DNA from: a virus | Lineage: Duplodnaviria; Caudoviricetes | Virus record (IMG/VR): IMGVR_UViG_3300027838_001061 | Location: 1-37,203 of that record | Length of the DNA stretch: 37,203 nt | Direction: 5' to 3' (one strand) | Part shown: positions 35,776 through 37,203 of the stretch, in pieces | Position numbering within the stretch: the stretch's first letter is position 1 | Layout: the number at the start of each line of letters is the position of its first letter | The notes under the pieces: model-generated | What the model saw: only the letters and a program-made list of their open reading frames with translations | What the model was told of the DNA's origin: nothing | Database searches by the model: none | Translations under genes and position numbers: made by a program

Positions 35776-36878
35776 ATAACATAGAAATGGCTGGTCCTTG
35801 GATCACACAACACGAAATAGATACAGTTCTTGATGCCATGTCTAACGGATGGTATGGATCAGATAAGTACTACTATTGCGAACAGTTACAAAAAGAATTT
35901 GCCGAATATCATGGAAGAAAATATGGAATAATGACCCCCAATTGCACAGCATCTATTCATCTTTTATTGACAGCCTTGGGGATAAGGGATGGTGATGAGG
36001 TCATAGTTCCAGAATGTACATGGATAGCGAGCGCCGCAGGGGTAACGTACTTAAGAGCGAAGACTATTTTCTGTGACATAGAACCAGACAACTGGTGCCT
36101 ATCCCCAGACAGCGTGATTGAAAAAATAACAGACAAGACAAAGGCAATTATCGTAGTCAATCTTTTCGGCAATATGGCTAGGATGGATCTCCTAGAGAAG
36201 ATCTGTTTGGAAAAAGGCATCTACCTCATAGAGGACGCTGCGGAGTCTTTAGGATCAAAATACCAAGACCGCAGGTCTGGAAGCTTCGGTGTTGGTTCGG
36301 TGTTTAGTTTCCACAGAACTAAGACAATGACTACTGGCGAAGGAGGTATGCTGCTATTGGATGATGACAATCTGTATGAGAGATGTATGTTTCTCAGAGA
36401 TCATGGAAGATCCAAAGACAAGCTGTATTATAATGACGAAGTAACCTACAAGTATATGCCGTTTAATCTTCAGGCTGCTCTTGGGTACGCACAGTTTCAG
36501 AGACTGGACGAGCTTGTTGACAAGAAAAGAGAGCAGTTACATTTTTATAAAACCGAACTGTCAGACATAGACGACCTGCACTTCAACCAAGAGTCTCCAG
36601 ACGTATATAATTCCGCTTGGATAACAGGCTTGGTGTTTGGAAAGTCTCATGACATCTCCAAGGAGGAGGCTATGAAGGGGCTTGAACAGCTAGGAGTCCC
36701 ATCTAGACCATTTTTCTATCCCCTATCTTCGCTTCCGGCCTATAATAGTATAGGTAGTACAAACGAAATTGCGTATGATATATCCAGCAGGGGAATCAAT
36801 TTGCCGGGAGCGGGAAACTTGAAGAAGAAGCACCTAAAGTTTGTGTGTGACGGTATCAGAACTCTTTTAGGAAGATAG
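35772..36878 (+). CDS. DegT/DnrJ/EryC1/StrS PLP-dependent sugar aminotransferase (perosamine synthase-like)
   Basis: GDEVIVP, KTKAIIVV, IEDAAESLG, SFHRTKTMTTGEGG (PLP Lys), RGINLP. Confidence 0.92.
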   Translation: MNNIEMAGPWITQHEIDTVLDAMSNGWYGSDKYYYCEQLQKEFAEYHGRKYGIMTPNCTASIHLLLTALGIRDGDEVIVPECTWIASAAGVTYLRAKTIFCDIEPDNWCLSPDSVIEKITDKTKAIIVVNLFGNMARMDLLEKICLEKGIYLIEDAAESLGSKYQDRRSGSFGVGSVFSFHRTKTMTTGEGGMLLLDDDNLYERCMFLRDHGRSKDKLYYNDEVTYKYMPFNLQAALGYAQFQRLDELVDKKREQLHFYKTELSDIDDLHFNQESPDVYNSAWITGLVFGKSHDISKEEAMKGLEQLGVPSRPFFYPLSSLPAYNSIGSTNEIAYDISSRGINLPGAGNLKKKHLKFVCDGIRTLLGR

Positions 36879-36880
36879 CA

Positions 36881-37203
36881 GTGAAATTTAACGAAGATGA
36901 CAGAGCACAAAGACTGATTGATGTTTTTCCTAAAGTCAATGGTCAAATAAATATTTCTCATGTAAACTCTACGAACCACATTGTTGCTTGGCATAAGCAT
37001 GAGATACAGACCGACTATTGGTTCTGCGTCAAGGGATCTTTTAAGGTTGGTCTAGCGGAACCAAACGGAAACGAAAGTGGAAAAAAATATGATGTAAGCT
37101 GGGAATATCTTTCGGACAAAGTTCCAAGAATGATAACTATCCACCCCGGAATTTATCATGGATACAAGGCCCTAGAACCGGGGTCCATCATGCTGTACTA
37201 CTT
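36881..37203 (+). CDS. RmlC-like cupin (dTDP-sugar 3,5-epimerase or 3,4-ketoisomerase); 3' truncated, absent from the supplied ORF track
   Basis: GTG at 36881 reads MKFNEDDRAQ...QINISHV...IVAWHKHEIQTDYWFCVKGSFKVGL...TIHPGIYHGYKALEPGSIMLY and stays open to the window end. Confidence 0.8.
   Translation, partial: MKFNEDDRAQRLIDVFPKVNGQINISHVNSTNHIVAWHKHEIQTDYWFCVKGSFKVGLAEPNGNESGKKYDVSWEYLSDKVPRMITIHPGIYHGYKALEPGSIMLYY

Noticed and set aside
238-37000. Minus-strand and nested alternative-frame ORFs in the track
   Set aside because: All overlap well-supported + strand genes and show no recognisable motifs; treated as shadow ORFs.
1-37203. Stop-codon reassignment, as in some large phages
   Set aside because: Genes tile fully under code 11, and TAA, TAG and TGA all end genes at sensible positions.
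1-37203. tRNA, ncRNA, repeat arrays or terminators
   Set aside because: The largest intergenic gaps are only about 30-35 nt (10371-10400, 11538-11567, 18451-18485) and show no convincing hairpin plus U-tract or repeat.

Overview
A 37 kb segment that is almost entirely coding, with every credible gene on the + strand and most overlapping or abutting (ATGA/TAATG junctions). Gene content and density point to a large dsDNA bacteriophage (inference; no structural genes lie in the window). Left half (1-19.9 kb): nucleotide metabolism, recombination and replication. It holds a class II B12-dependent ribonucleotide reductase (5' truncated), dUTPase, PhoH, FmdB-type zinc ribbon, RecA, DnaB, DnaG, IscA/ErpA, dNMP kinase, a PMI-type cupin, a Cas4/AddB-like nuclease, an alanine dehydrogenase/ornithine cyclodeaminase, a DNA polymerase III alpha (DnaE) split into two intein-free genes with a 71-aa ORF and a DEDDh exonuclease between them, SSB and a compact sigma-70 factor. 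Right half (19.9 kb to beyond the end): 20 contiguous genes, nearly all glycan-related. They include GT4, GT2, GT8-like and CgeB-like glycosyltransferases, a GT29 sialyltransferase-like protein, GDP-fucose synthase, O- and C-methyltransferases, an SDR, an acetyltransferase, a DegT aminotransferase and a partial RmlC-like cupin. The strongest candidates for novelty are the four-cistron split polymerase and the glycan-building locus. No tRNA, rRNA, CRISPR array, intein or mobile element was recognised. All family calls come from motif recognition by eye; no searches were run.
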